Under the pieces are notes generated by a model. It saw only the letters and a list, made by a program, of their open reading frames with translations. It had not been told where the DNA came from and ran no database searches. DNA of 64,000 nucleotides, taken from an uncultured delta proteobacterium. GTDB lineage: Bacteria; Myxococcota_A; Polyangia; Polyangiales; B10-G4. Below are positions 43,811-52,584 of the stretch, one piece after another. Made by a program: the position numbers and the translations under genes. The first letter of the stretch is position 1; each line of letters starts with the position of its first letter. The DNA is taken from positions 288,001 to 352,000 of the forward strand of contig CAVSGI010000020.1 of NCBI GenBank assembly GCA_963727445.1, given 5' to 3'.

Positions 43811-44806
43811 ATGCGGGGCTGCGTCGGGCGCAGGATCGGGCACGTGTGGCCGTGGGCGCTCGTCTTCTTCTGCACCCACGGTTGCGGGCGCATCGGGTAC
43901 GGGATCGGTGCGGCCGACTCTTCGGTCGTGGATGCCGCGTTGGACGCGGATATCGGCTTGGTGGACAGCGCGGTCGGCGACTCGGCGCCCGTGGACGCCG
44001 CGCCCGACGCGGGCGCTCTCGGGCCCTTCGGGCCGCCACGGCAGCTGACGGAGATCTTCGACGGCAGCCACTCGAACGAAGATCCGACGATCTCTTCGGA
44101 CGGCCTCGAGATGATCTACGTCTCGAACGACGCTCCCTCGGGCGGCGCCAACGACCTCTGGGTCACGACGCGGGCATCGATCGACGACGTGTGGGGTGCG
44201 CCTCGGGCCCTCGACATCAACAGCGGGACCAAGGATCAGACGCCGTCGCTCTCCGAGGACGGGCTCACCTTGTGGTTCTCGAGCGGGCGAGCCGGCGCCG
44301 GCGACGACGACATCTACGTCACGACGCGCTCGGCGCGCACCGCGGGGTGGACGGCACCCGTCCCCGTCGCCGAGCTAGGTACCACCCGGGAAGACCGCGG
44401 GACCTCTCCCTTCGCCGGCGGGCTTGGGTTGCTCTTCGGGCGCGCGGACGACACCAGTGGGCCTTTCGACATCTTCGCGACCGACCGCGGGTCGACCAGC
44501 GACCCCTGGTCGATGCCGGTCATGGTGACCGAGCTCGACAGCGCCGCCGACGATCGAAACCCACACGTGTCGCCGGACGGAACACGGGTCTACTTCGCTT
44601 CGGATCGTGCTGGCGGCATGGGGGGGCTCGACATCTGGTCCTCCCAGCGCGCGTCGCGCACCTCTGCATGGGAGGCGCCCTCCCGGGTCTCGGAGCTCAA
44701 CTCCACCGCCAACGACGACGACCCCACGTCCACCGCGGACCTGCGCATCCTCATCGTCTCGAGCGAGCGCGAAGGGACGTACCGCCTGTACGAGTTCCGG
44801 CGCTGA
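43811..44806 (+). CDS. Lipoprotein with PD40/TolB-like beta-propeller repeats
   Basis: GCGRIGY; repeats PTISSDGLEMIYVS, PSLSEDGLTLWFSS, PHVSPDGTRVYFAS. Confidence 0.85.
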   Translation: MRGCVGRRIGHVWPWALVFFCTHGCGRIGYGIGAADSSVVDAALDADIGLVDSAVGDSAPVDAAPDAGALGPFGPPRQLTEIFDGSHSNEDPTISSDGLEMIYVSNDAPSGGANDLWVTTRASIDDVWGAPRALDINSGTKDQTPSLSEDGLTLWFSSGRAGAGDDDIYVTTRSARTAGWTAPVPVAELGTTREDRGTSPFAGGLGLLFGRADDTSGPFDIFATDRGSTSDPWSMPVMVTELDSAADDRNPHVSPDGTRVYFASDRAGGMGGLDIWSSQRASRTSAWEAPSRVSELNSTANDDDPTSTADLRILIVSSEREGTYRLYEFRR

Positions 44807-44827
44807 CCGCGGATGGGTTCAGAAACA

Positions 44828-46063
44828 TCAGAACAGGTCGGCGTAGTGCTCAGCCATCAGGCCGTAGTGATCCGAGAGGCGCGTCTGGACCTGCTCACCG
44901 TTCGACTCGACGTCGATGGGCTGGTCGAAGACGCGGCGGTAGCTCGCGCCGCCGCTGCAAGCCGAGGTGAAGAAGATGTGGTCGAGCCACAGCGAGGACT
45001 GCTCGGCGCAGGTCTGCTCGTTCGCTCCGTCGTCGATGCAGACGAGGGGGTTGGTGCTGCAGAAGGTGCAGACCGGATCCATCCACGGCTCGGAGTAGCC
45101 GTGCGCGAGGAAGGCGTCGTAGTGCGAGCCGAGCTCCGGCGTGATTGTGTTCGTGCCTGGGCCGGCGTTCATGTCGCCCATGAGCACGGCGCACCGGTCG
45201 TCTGCCGCCATCTCGCTGAGACGCTCGACCTGCGCCATGTGCTCCTCGGACCAGCTCGCGAAAGGCATCTCGTCGGCCGGGTAGGGCGGAACGTCGGCGA
45301 GGTCGCTGGTCATGTGCGTGCACAGCACCTCGTAGTCCTTCACGCGCGCGCTGATGACGCCCCGCCGGAGGATGCCGGTGTCGTAGTCCTCGTAGCGCGC
45401 ATCCTCGAGCGGATGCCGGCTCAGCACCAAGAGGCCGTTGCGCCCGCCGTAGGCGGTGGTCGGTGCGCGGAGCAGGCACTTCGCGGGCGAGAGCGCGTTC
45501 GCCGCGAGGCAGCGCTTGCAGTCGTCGGGGATGGACGTGTACGGGTCGCGGCACGCGCCGCCCTCGCCCACGCACTGAAAGAGCGACTGGGTCTGGCACT
45601 CGTCGTCCACGCAGCTCTTGAGGCTCCAGAGCTCGAGCGCCGAGGTGGTGCACTCGAAGTACTTGTGCTCGTTGGACACGGTCGCCTCACGAAAGCTGTG
45701 CGGGTAGACCTCGGCGAGCTCGCCCATGAGCGCCTCGGCGTCCGCGTCCTCCCAGACCTCCTGCAGGCACACGACGTCGGCGTCCGAGGAAGCGAGCGCG
45801 TCGACGATACCCGGCAGCCGCTCGGTCGCGAGCTTCACCGCGCCGTGGGCGAGCCCCAGGTTGAAGGTCGCGAAGCGCATCGGGGTCGGGCAGGCATCGC
45901 CGCAGCCCAGGGCGTCCGCCTTGCCGTCGCCGCTCGGCAGCGGCACCGGGCCGCTGGCGGGGGTGTTGGCCGCGCAGGCCGCGATCGAGAGCAACAACGA
46001 GAGCGCCGAGAGGCGCGAGCGGAAGAGAAGACGGGTCACGGATCGCCGGAGTGCAGGGCGCAT
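44828..46063 (-). CDS. Lipoprotein, endonuclease/exonuclease/phosphatase (EEP) family, with Cys-rich insertion
   Basis: Lipobox IAAC; FATFN, DVVCLQEV, GLLVLSRHP, CTHM, MGDMN, LDHIF, SDHYG. Alternative start GTG 46039. Confidence 0.88.
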   Translation of the reverse strand: MRPALRRSVTRLLFRSRLSALSLLLSIAACAANTPASGPVPLPSGDGKADALGCGDACPTPMRFATFNLGLAHGAVKLATERLPGIVDALASSDADVVCLQEVWEDADAEALMGELAEVYPHSFREATVSNEHKYFECTTSALELWSLKSCVDDECQTQSLFQCVGEGGACRDPYTSIPDDCKRCLAANALSPAKCLLRAPTTAYGGRNGLLVLSRHPLEDARYEDYDTGILRRGVISARVKDYEVLCTHMTSDLADVPPYPADEMPFASWSEEHMAQVERLSEMAADDRCAVLMGDMNAGPGTNTITPELGSHYDAFLAHGYSEPWMDPVCTFCSTNPLVCIDDGANEQTCAEQSSLWLDHIFFTSACSGGASYRRVFDQPIDVESNGEQVQTRLSDHYGLMAEHYADLF

Positions 46064-46202
46064 GCCACGGCGCCAGCACGAGAAAGCCAAGCCGATCAGG
46101 CCTGCAGTCGGGCTCAGCCGACCAGTGGAGTGGCCAATGAGCTTTGCCGGAGCGGCCACCGGGTGACGACCTCGTCGGCAGCGTTCGCGCTATCCTCGAT
46201 CT

Positions 46203-47030
46203 GTGCGGACTCTTCTCGGCGTGGTCATGGTCCTCGGCGCCTCGGCGTGTGGACTGTTGCTCGACGCGGATCCGCGCAACGAAGGCGCTGAGGTCGATGG
46301 CGGCGCCGAGGGCGGCATCCCCGACGCGTCCCGCGACTCCATGCGTGTCGACGCCTCGATGGACAGCGGCTTCGTCGATGGCTGTGTCGCACTGGTGGAG
46401 ATCTGCAACGGGTTGGATGACGACTGCGACGGGCGCACGGACGAGGACTTCGACTTCGCCACCGACCCGTCGAATTGCGGCACCTGTGGAACGTCGTGTT
46501 CCCTCGCCGGCGTCATACCCACCTGCATCGGCGGCGCTTGCCAGATCGTCTGTCAGGACGGATGGATGGACTGCGACGGCAACGCCGACAACGGATGCGA
46601 AGCAGACCTGTCGACCCCTCTGACCTGCGGTGACTGCGGCGTCAGCTGCGGAAGTGGGCCATGCGGAGATATCGGTGGTGTGTTCGAGTGCCTCAGCGCA
46701 TGCCCCGCGGCCGAGGAGAATTGTGGCGGCATCTGCACCGACACGTACACCGATCGCAACAACTGCGGCTTCTGCGGCAACCTGTGTCCCGACAGCGACA
46801 GCTGTGTCGGTGGCGCGTGTACGCCATCGAGCTGCGACGACCCCACGAGTTGGGGATTCGCACCCGACGCCACGTGGTCGTGCCGCGGCACCTGTGGCAG
46901 CGCCACCATCTACTGCGACTTGGATGGCATCTTCTGCCACTGCGAGCCCGTCGGCGGCACTCCAGCACGCCTCTGCACGGGCGTCAGCTCCTGCGGCGAC
47001 GCGGTCACGACGGATTGCTGCCGACCCTGA
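46203..47030 (+). CDS. Cys-rich lipoprotein with MopE-like and Stig1-like motifs
   Basis: Lipobox ASAC; EICNGLDDDCDGRTDE; TDPSNCGTCGTSC; TDRNNCGFCGNLC. Confidence 0.8.
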   Translation: MRTLLGVVMVLGASACGLLLDADPRNEGAEVDGGAEGGIPDASRDSMRVDASMDSGFVDGCVALVEICNGLDDDCDGRTDEDFDFATDPSNCGTCGTSCSLAGVIPTCIGGACQIVCQDGWMDCDGNADNGCEADLSTPLTCGDCGVSCGSGPCGDIGGVFECLSACPAAEENCGGICTDTYTDRNNCGFCGNLCPDSDSCVGGACTPSSCDDPTSWGFAPDATWSCRGTCGSATIYCDLDGIFCHCEPVGGTPARLCTGVSSCGDAVTTDCCRP

Positions 47031-47068
47031 GCGCTTTCCACGCCGTTGGGCGACGACTCGAACTCGCG

Positions 47069-48412
47069 TCAGAGCAAGAGGCTCGCCACGTATCCCGTCT
47101 CGACGCGTTCGCCCCGCCACTCGCTCTTGCAGGTCTGGTCGTCGATGCGCGCGCCCGCGTTTTCGTTGGCGGCGCGGAGGGTGCACAGGGCGCGGTCGTT
47201 CACGAGGGGGAGCGGCGGAGTGAGCGCGATCCGCCGGCCGTCGGGATCGCGGAAGTGGGGACGTCGGTCGCGATCGAGCGCCACGCTGAAACCGCCTTCG
47301 TGGATGAGGCGGTGGTGGAAGGGGCAGAGGAGGAGGAGGTTTTCGAGCTTGGTCTCGCCGCCCTCGAGCCAGTGCTCGAGGTGGTGGGCGTCGAGCCATT
47401 GGGTGCAGTCGCAGCCCGGGAAGGCGCAGGTGCCGTCGCGCAACAGGAGCGCCCGGCGGATGGCGGGCGGGATCGCGCGCGTGCGCCGACCGATGTCGAG
47501 GGGGTTGCCCTCGGCGTCCCGCACCACGGGCACCATGCCCGCATCGCAGACGATGCGTCGAAACGTCTCCGCGGAGACGCGCGTCCCATCGTCGAGCTCG
47601 ACGGTCGGCTTGGCCAGGAGGTCGTTTTCCTTGAGGTGCACCACGACGGTGACGCGATCGCCGCCGCTTCGTCTCGGCTCCGCCGCGCCGCCTCCCAACA
47701 GGAGCATGTCCGCGGCCTTGACCAACGCGTCCGCGCGGCCGAATCGAGGTGGCGGCCGGGTCGCTCCGGACGTCTCCGCGGAGACGTTTTCGGTCGGGGC
47801 CGGCGACGCGTGCGCGGGTGGCGGCGTCTCCGCGGAGACGTTTTCGGCAGCGGGCTGCGCCTTGCGCCGGATCTCGTCCAGCGCGCGCATGACGAGCGCC
47901 GCTTCGTCCGGGTGGAGCTGTGCTTCGATGCGCACCATGTCGCCATCGCCCGGGCGCTGCATCACCCAGCGCTGCGCCTCGCCGATCGGGCGCCCGTCCT
48001 TCTTCAGGCGCGCCGCGCTCCGGCAGATGCGCTCGAGCTGCGCCGCGGTCGCCGTCTTCGCGAAGCGCACGATCTTCTCCTCGTTGTCGGGCGTCGCCAC
48101 CCGGGTCATCGCGCGCACCTTGGAGTAGCTGAGGAGCCCCTTCGACAGCGCCGCGTCGACGAGCGGCAGCCCTCCGAGCGCGCGCGCCACCCGCACCCGC
48201 TCCCGCGCCGCTCCTGGCGTGAGCCCGCACTTCCAAGACAGCCAATGCGCGCACGAACGGATCCCCCACCCCCGCCACGCCCCGCTCTCGTCGTAGCGTC
48301 GAACGAGCGTCAGAAACCGATGCTGAGCCGCGTCCAGATGGGCGGTCAGCTCCAAGAGCTCCCGCTCGATTTCCTCGTCTTGACGAACCTTTGCAGCGCG
48401 AATACTATCCAT
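47069..48412 (-). CDS. DUF222 (13E12-repeat family) HNH endonuclease
   Basis: SCAHWLSWKCG..ARERVRVARAL..LSYSKVRAMTR; LDIGRRTR.IPPAIRRAL..RDGTCAFPGC..DAHH..HW..GGET.LENL.LLC..HH..IH. Confidence 0.92.
   Translation of the reverse strand: MDSIRAAKVRQDEEIERELLELTAHLDAAQHRFLTLVRRYDESGAWRGWGIRSCAHWLSWKCGLTPGAARERVRVARALGGLPLVDAALSKGLLSYSKVRAMTRVATPDNEEKIVRFAKTATAAQLERICRSAARLKKDGRPIGEAQRWVMQRPGDGDMVRIEAQLHPDEAALVMRALDEIRRKAQPAAENVSAETPPPAHASPAPTENVSAETSGATRPPPRFGRADALVKAADMLLLGGGAAEPRRSGGDRVTVVVHLKENDLLAKPTVELDDGTRVSAETFRRIVCDAGMVPVVRDAEGNPLDIGRRTRAIPPAIRRALLLRDGTCAFPGCDCTQWLDAHHLEHWLEGGETKLENLLLLCPFHHRLIHEGGFSVALDRDRRPHFRDPDGRRIALTPPLPLVNDRALCTLRAANENAGARIDDQTCKSEWRGERVETGYVASLLL
47564..47847. 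repeat. Three copies of palindrome CGTCTCCGCGGAGACG inside the HNH gene
   Basis: Copies at 47564-47579, 47771-47786 and 47825-47840. Confidence 0.95.
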
Positions 48413-48507
48413 GCATTCAGTGTATCTGCGAGGCCCCTGAACGCCACCGAATTTCGGAGAAATTCGAGCCCGATCGCCTCGCGCGAGCCCACCCTATCCA
48501 CCTGACC

Positions 48508-48687
48508 GTGCAAGACGTCGCGACCGTCACCTGCCCCTACTGCTTCGAGCGCATCGAGCTCTACATCGACCCGGACACCAGCGGCGAGATGGTGCACGAC
48601 TGCGACGTCTGCTGCCGCCCCTGGACCGTCGCCGTGAGCCGCAACGACGACGGCTCCCTCCTGGTGACGGTCACGAGGGCGCAGTAG
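48508..48687 (+). CDS. CPXCG-motif cysteine-rich zinc-ribbon protein
   Basis: VTCPYCFE..IDP..DCDVCCRPW. Confidence 0.85.
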   Translation: MQDVATVTCPYCFERIELYIDPDTSGEMVHDCDVCCRPWTVAVSRNDDGSLLVTVTRAQ

Positions 48688-48920
48688 TCCATGAAGCCGT
48701 CCCCGTTCGAGGGGCAGTCGCCGACGCCTTCGGGGATGCAGCATGTGAAGAAGATGGCCGCACGGCCGAGCCCCTCGCAGTATTCCGTCGAGTACGGGTC
48801 TGCTGCGCGCTCGCCGTCCCGACCACAGCCGACGAGGACGAGCGAGCACAATGCCGCGAAGGCCATCATGCGCTTGATCGGAGACGTGAGCACGCGTAGC
48901 TCCCAGATGCCAATCCCCAT
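48561..48920 (-). CDS. Putative small lipoprotein, possibly truncated (3' end runs antisense into the CPXCG gene)
   Basis: TACACT 6 nt upstream; lipobox LVGC; Cys-rich up to ~48690. Confidence 0.4.
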   Translation of the reverse strand: MGIGIWELRVLTSPIKRMMAFAALCSLVLVGCGRDGERAADPYSTEYCEGLGRAAIFFTCCIPEGVGDCPSNGDGFMDYCALVTVTRREPSSLRLTATVQGRQQTSQSCTISPLVSGSM

Positions 48921-48968
48921 GACGAGAGTGTAGCAGTCGAGGCAGTGACGACTCCTGGAGCCGCACCG

Positions 48969-49389
48969 TCACCCCTCTTTGAAGCTCGTCGAGCGGGACT
49001 TCCTCCTCCTTCTGCCGCCCCTGCAACTCGCCAGAGCCGCCTCGATGTGCACTCGACGATACGGCTCCCTCGGCGAGAGGTGTTCGAGACGCGCGCTCTT
49101 GTACTCCTCGACCAGCTCGGGGGTGATGTCCCGCGGGAGCCGGTCCCCGAACACCGGGATGAGGTAGCGGTCGAGGATGTAGCAGTCGTCCCGACCGCTG
49201 CGCTTCTGCGGCACCCTCATCCGCTTCCAGTAGTTCGCGAGGTCCTGGAAAGTCTTGCCTCGCGCGATGGTGGCACGAAGCCCCTCACGCCTCCTTGTAG
49301 GTCTCGAAGGTCGCCGAGCGGCGCACGCCCTGCTCATCCACCCAACGAGTGCGCCAGTTGCCGCTGGGGAGTCTGTACGGTTTGGTCAT
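48969..49389 (-). pseudogene. Tyrosine integrase N-terminal remnant (arm-binding and core-binding parts), frameshifted and truncated
   Basis: SD GAAGGGA; MTKPYRLPSGNWRTRWVDEQGVRRSATFETYKEA*; then in another frame KTFQDLANYW..DRYLIPVFGDRLPRDITPELVEEYK. No catalytic domain. Lies directly 3' of a tRNA. Confidence 0.75.
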
Positions 49390-49516
49390 GTGGTCCCTTC
49401 TCGACCAGCGATGACCCTGGGTCTCCTGCAACGTAGGCCGCGCGGTTTGCAGGAAGGCTCGAACACCTCGTTGGCCACGTCGTGGCCACGCGGGGCTCGA
49501 TGGCGACCCCTCGATC

Positions 49517-49555
49517 ACAAACGCCGCGACTCCAAGGGATCGGAATCACGGCGTT
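49517..49555 (-). terminator. Probable intrinsic terminator after tRNA-Thr
   Basis: Minus-strand stem AACGCCGTGATTCC / GGAGTCGCGGCGTT with two G-U pairs, running into TTTGT. Confidence 0.6.
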
Positions 49556-49564
49556 CGTCTGTAG

Positions 49565-49637
<73 letters not shown>

Positions 49638-49939
49638 GGGATCCCGGCTGGATGGCCGGAGGGCGGCTCAGATAGCCAGGAAAGGGGAGGGTGTCAAGGT
49701 CGGGCGGCAGGGGGGCGTTACCTTGCGGCAAAAGGGCCGTTCCTCTTTCGTCGGCGAGCGAGACGGCGGGGGTGATGGCAGGTCGTGGGTCGCATTCGGG
49801 TCTCGAGATCCTCGAAGCGCGCGAGGGCGCCGATCGGCCATTCGAGGAGAGCCGACGCGGCGAGCGGCGTCGCAGACGAGCGAGGAACGTTCCAGAATCG
49901 TCGTCGTTCATTTAGCTTTGGCGAGGATGCGAATTTGAC

Positions 49940-50522
49940 GTGGGGACATGGGGCCTGGTGGTGGTGGCGCTGGTGGCCGTCGGCTGCCATCCCGAGCCGC
50001 CCGGCGTTTCGAACGCGGCGCTCGAGGTGAGGCTCGAGCTTCCGGCGCGGCCCACGGACGCCACCCCGGTCTACGCGCTGACGCAACCGCGGCGGGCGGT
50101 CGAAAATCCGTTCGCCGATGAGTGGGGCGGCGACGACCTGCCGGCCATCGAGCTGCTGCCGGGGATGACGACGGAGGATCACATCAGCGTGCTCGTCGTG
50201 GGACGAGGAGCTCGACCTGAACTTGAAGGTGCGCTTCTGCGTCAACCCGACGTGCACGGACATCGCGGACGACATGGCGCCGGAGCGCTGGTTCGCGCTC
50301 GAGCACCCCTTCTATCTGGGCGAGCGGACGTCGTGGACCGCGACGATCAGCGAGGTGCCTTCGGGGCGTGACACCGCCCCGTTCATCGCGCCTCGTTGCG
50401 TCATCGAAGGCTGCGCCGACGCCGAGCTCGGCAGCTACTGTCACCCGGACGACACCCACCTCTGCGAGCCGTCGCGCGGCGGCTACGTTTCGCCAGACAG
50501 CGACCGGGTCTACGAGTTGTAG
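49940..50522 (+). CDS. Hypothetical lipoprotein; 1 apparent frameshift near 50194
   Basis: Lipobox AVGC; the ORFs starting at 49940 and 50223 join into one coherent protein. Confidence 0.6.
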
Positions 50523-50555
50523 CGACGTCGGCAGCCCCTGTGAGAGCCTCCGTCC

Positions 50556-52583
50556 GTGACCGATGCCTCGGGCGGCGAATGGCTGGGGCGCACCCTCGGG
50601 GGGCGCTTCGAGATCCTTCGCGCGCTCGGCGAGGGCGGCATGGGCGCGGTCTACGCCGCCCGCGATACGACCGAGGGCGGCGAGGTCGCGCTGAAGGTGC
50701 TGCTCCCCGAGCTCGCCGCCGAGGCGCGTCATCTCGCTCGCTTCCGCCGCGAAGCCGAGGTGATGGGCCTGCTCGCCCATCCCCACGTCGTGCGCGCGAT
50801 CGCCAGCGGCGTCGACGCGGACGGGACGCCGTGGCTGGCGATGGAGCTGGTGCAGGGCGAGACGCTCTCCTCCTTCATGCGAGAGCGCGCGTCACCTCTC
50901 GGCGTGCAGGCGGCGGTCGGCATCGCGCGCCAGATCGTCGCTGCGCTGATGGCGGCCCACGAGGTGGGGATCGTCCATCGGGATCTGAAGCCGGCCAACG
51001 TGATGATCGAACGAGACGGCGGGCGCATCCGCGCGAAGGTCGTCGACTTCGGCCTCGCCCGCTTCGCCGACAGCACGACGTACCACAAGCTCACGATGAC
51101 AGGGGTGGTCGTGGGGACGCCTTCGTACATGGCGCCCGAACAGGCTTTCGGCGATCCGGTCGATCACCGCGCCGATCTCTACGCCGTGGGGGCCGTGCTC
51201 CACGCGCTGCTGACGAGCGAGCCACCCTTCGGTTCGGGAAAGTCCCCCGATCTGTTGCCCCGCCTCCTGGCGGGCGAGCGAACGCGGCTCACCGAGACAC
51301 GCCGCGACCTGGGGCCGATCGTCGAGGTGGTCGAGCGCCTCCTCGAGCCCGAGCCGGAGCAGCGCTACGAGACGGCCGCGGCGCTCGACGCCGCCCTCGC
51401 GCCCTTCGACGCGAAGGTGCCGAGCACCCGCGAATGGACGCGGCCGCCCACGATGGACACGCTCGCGCTCCCGCCCGATCCCGTGCTGGACGCGCCCCGT
51501 CCGCGAAGGCGCGGGCGCACGCGGATGGCACCGCCGGATCGGGCGCTCCCGCCCGCAGCGGCCCAGCGCACGGACGACTCGACGCGGAGCCGCGCGTCCC
51601 TCCTCATCTTGGGCTTTGTCGTCGCGGTCGCGGCGAGCGCCGGGCTCGTCTACCTCGTCGCGGGCCTGCTCGCTCAGGGGCCCGCGCCTTCCGAAGGGCT
51701 GGCCGCGGTGATGCCGGTGGCGATGCTCGACGGGGCCGCCGATGGAGACGGGGCACAGGGTGCGCCCGAGGCGACCGGCGCCGGTGGCGATGGGGCCGAC
51801 CGAGACGCTGGCGCATCCTCGGATGCTGCGGAGCAGCCAACGGAAGCCCGCGCGCATCCCGGCCCCCGCACTTTCCCCGCGCCGGCGGCTTACTCGATCC
51901 GCGTCGAGATCCTCGAGAGCTACGCCCCCGCAAACCGCTTCACCTCCACCATTCGCGAAGAGACGCCCAGCTTCGCGGCCTGCCTCGCCCGCCGCCCCCG
52001 CATCCCTCGGCGGCCGCCCCTCACCTGGACGGTTCGAGTCGAGTATTCGCGACCCTCCCTGTCGAGGACGTTCATCGATCCCTCGGGCGATTTCGACGTC
52101 TGCATCTACAACTGGGAGATTGGGATGAGCTTTCCCTCGGCCCCGACCGGCGCCTCGACCCTCGTCATGCGCGTCACCGCCGAGGCGGCGACGCCAAGCT
52201 CACAGAGGGTGGTCGTCCTCGATCGCACCGACTGGGCGTCGCGCACCCTCACCCCGCCGTATCTGAGCGTCGACATCCACATCGAACACACGAACATCGC
52301 GGCCGAAGAGGTGAAACGCCTCTTCGAGGCGCGACGCGAGGCCTTCGACGCGTGCCTGAAGCGTTCCCCGGGCCTCGAACGCCCGCCGCCCTACGCCGGC
52401 ACCATGCGCCGCGCCTTCGGCGACAACCCCTTCGTCGTCCAGAACGGCACGCCACACATCGTGGCGCTCTGCCTCGAGTACGACCTCTTCCGCCATACGG
52501 AGCTACCCGATAGCGCCGAGATCGACCTGCGCTTCCGCGCCACCGCGGCGGAGCGAACCACGATCGAAGTCCACGAGCAGTAG
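50556..52583 (+). CDS. Membrane Ser/Thr protein kinase with duplicated Cys-containing extracytoplasmic domain
   Basis: GEGGMG, VALK, HRDLKPAN, DFG, GTPSYMAPE, TM helix. Confidence 0.92.
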   Translation: MTDASGGEWLGRTLGGRFEILRALGEGGMGAVYAARDTTEGGEVALKVLLPELAAEARHLARFRREAEVMGLLAHPHVVRAIASGVDADGTPWLAMELVQGETLSSFMRERASPLGVQAAVGIARQIVAALMAAHEVGIVHRDLKPANVMIERDGGRIRAKVVDFGLARFADSTTYHKLTMTGVVVGTPSYMAPEQAFGDPVDHRADLYAVGAVLHALLTSEPPFGSGKSPDLLPRLLAGERTRLTETRRDLGPIVEVVERLLEPEPEQRYETAAALDAALAPFDAKVPSTREWTRPPTMDTLALPPDPVLDAPRPRRRGRTRMAPPDRALPPAAAQRTDDSTRSRASLLILGFVVAVAASAGLVYLVAGLLAQGPAPSEGLAAVMPVAMLDGAADGDGAQGAPEATGAGGDGADRDAGASSDAAEQPTEARAHPGPRTFPAPAAYSIRVEILESYAPANRFTSTIREETPSFAACLARRPRIPRRPPLTWTVRVEYSRPSLSRTFIDPSGDFDVCIYNWEIGMSFPSAPTGASTLVMRVTAEAATPSSQRVVVLDRTDWASRTLTPPYLSVDIHIEHTNIAAEEVKRLFEARREAFDACLKRSPGLERPPPYAGTMRRAFGDNPFVVQNGTPHIVALCLEYDLFRHTELPDSAEIDLRFRATAAERTTIEVHEQ

Positions 52584-52584
52584 C

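Noticed and set aside
48956..48967. GGTGCGGCTCCA (minus strand) as an att duplicate of the tRNA 3' end
   Set aside because: Match to AGGTGGCTC is short and gapped; not distinguishable from chance.
49640..49935. Short ORFs or an ncRNA between the tRNA and the next gene
   Set aside because: No coding signal or recognisable structure; likely a divergent promoter region.
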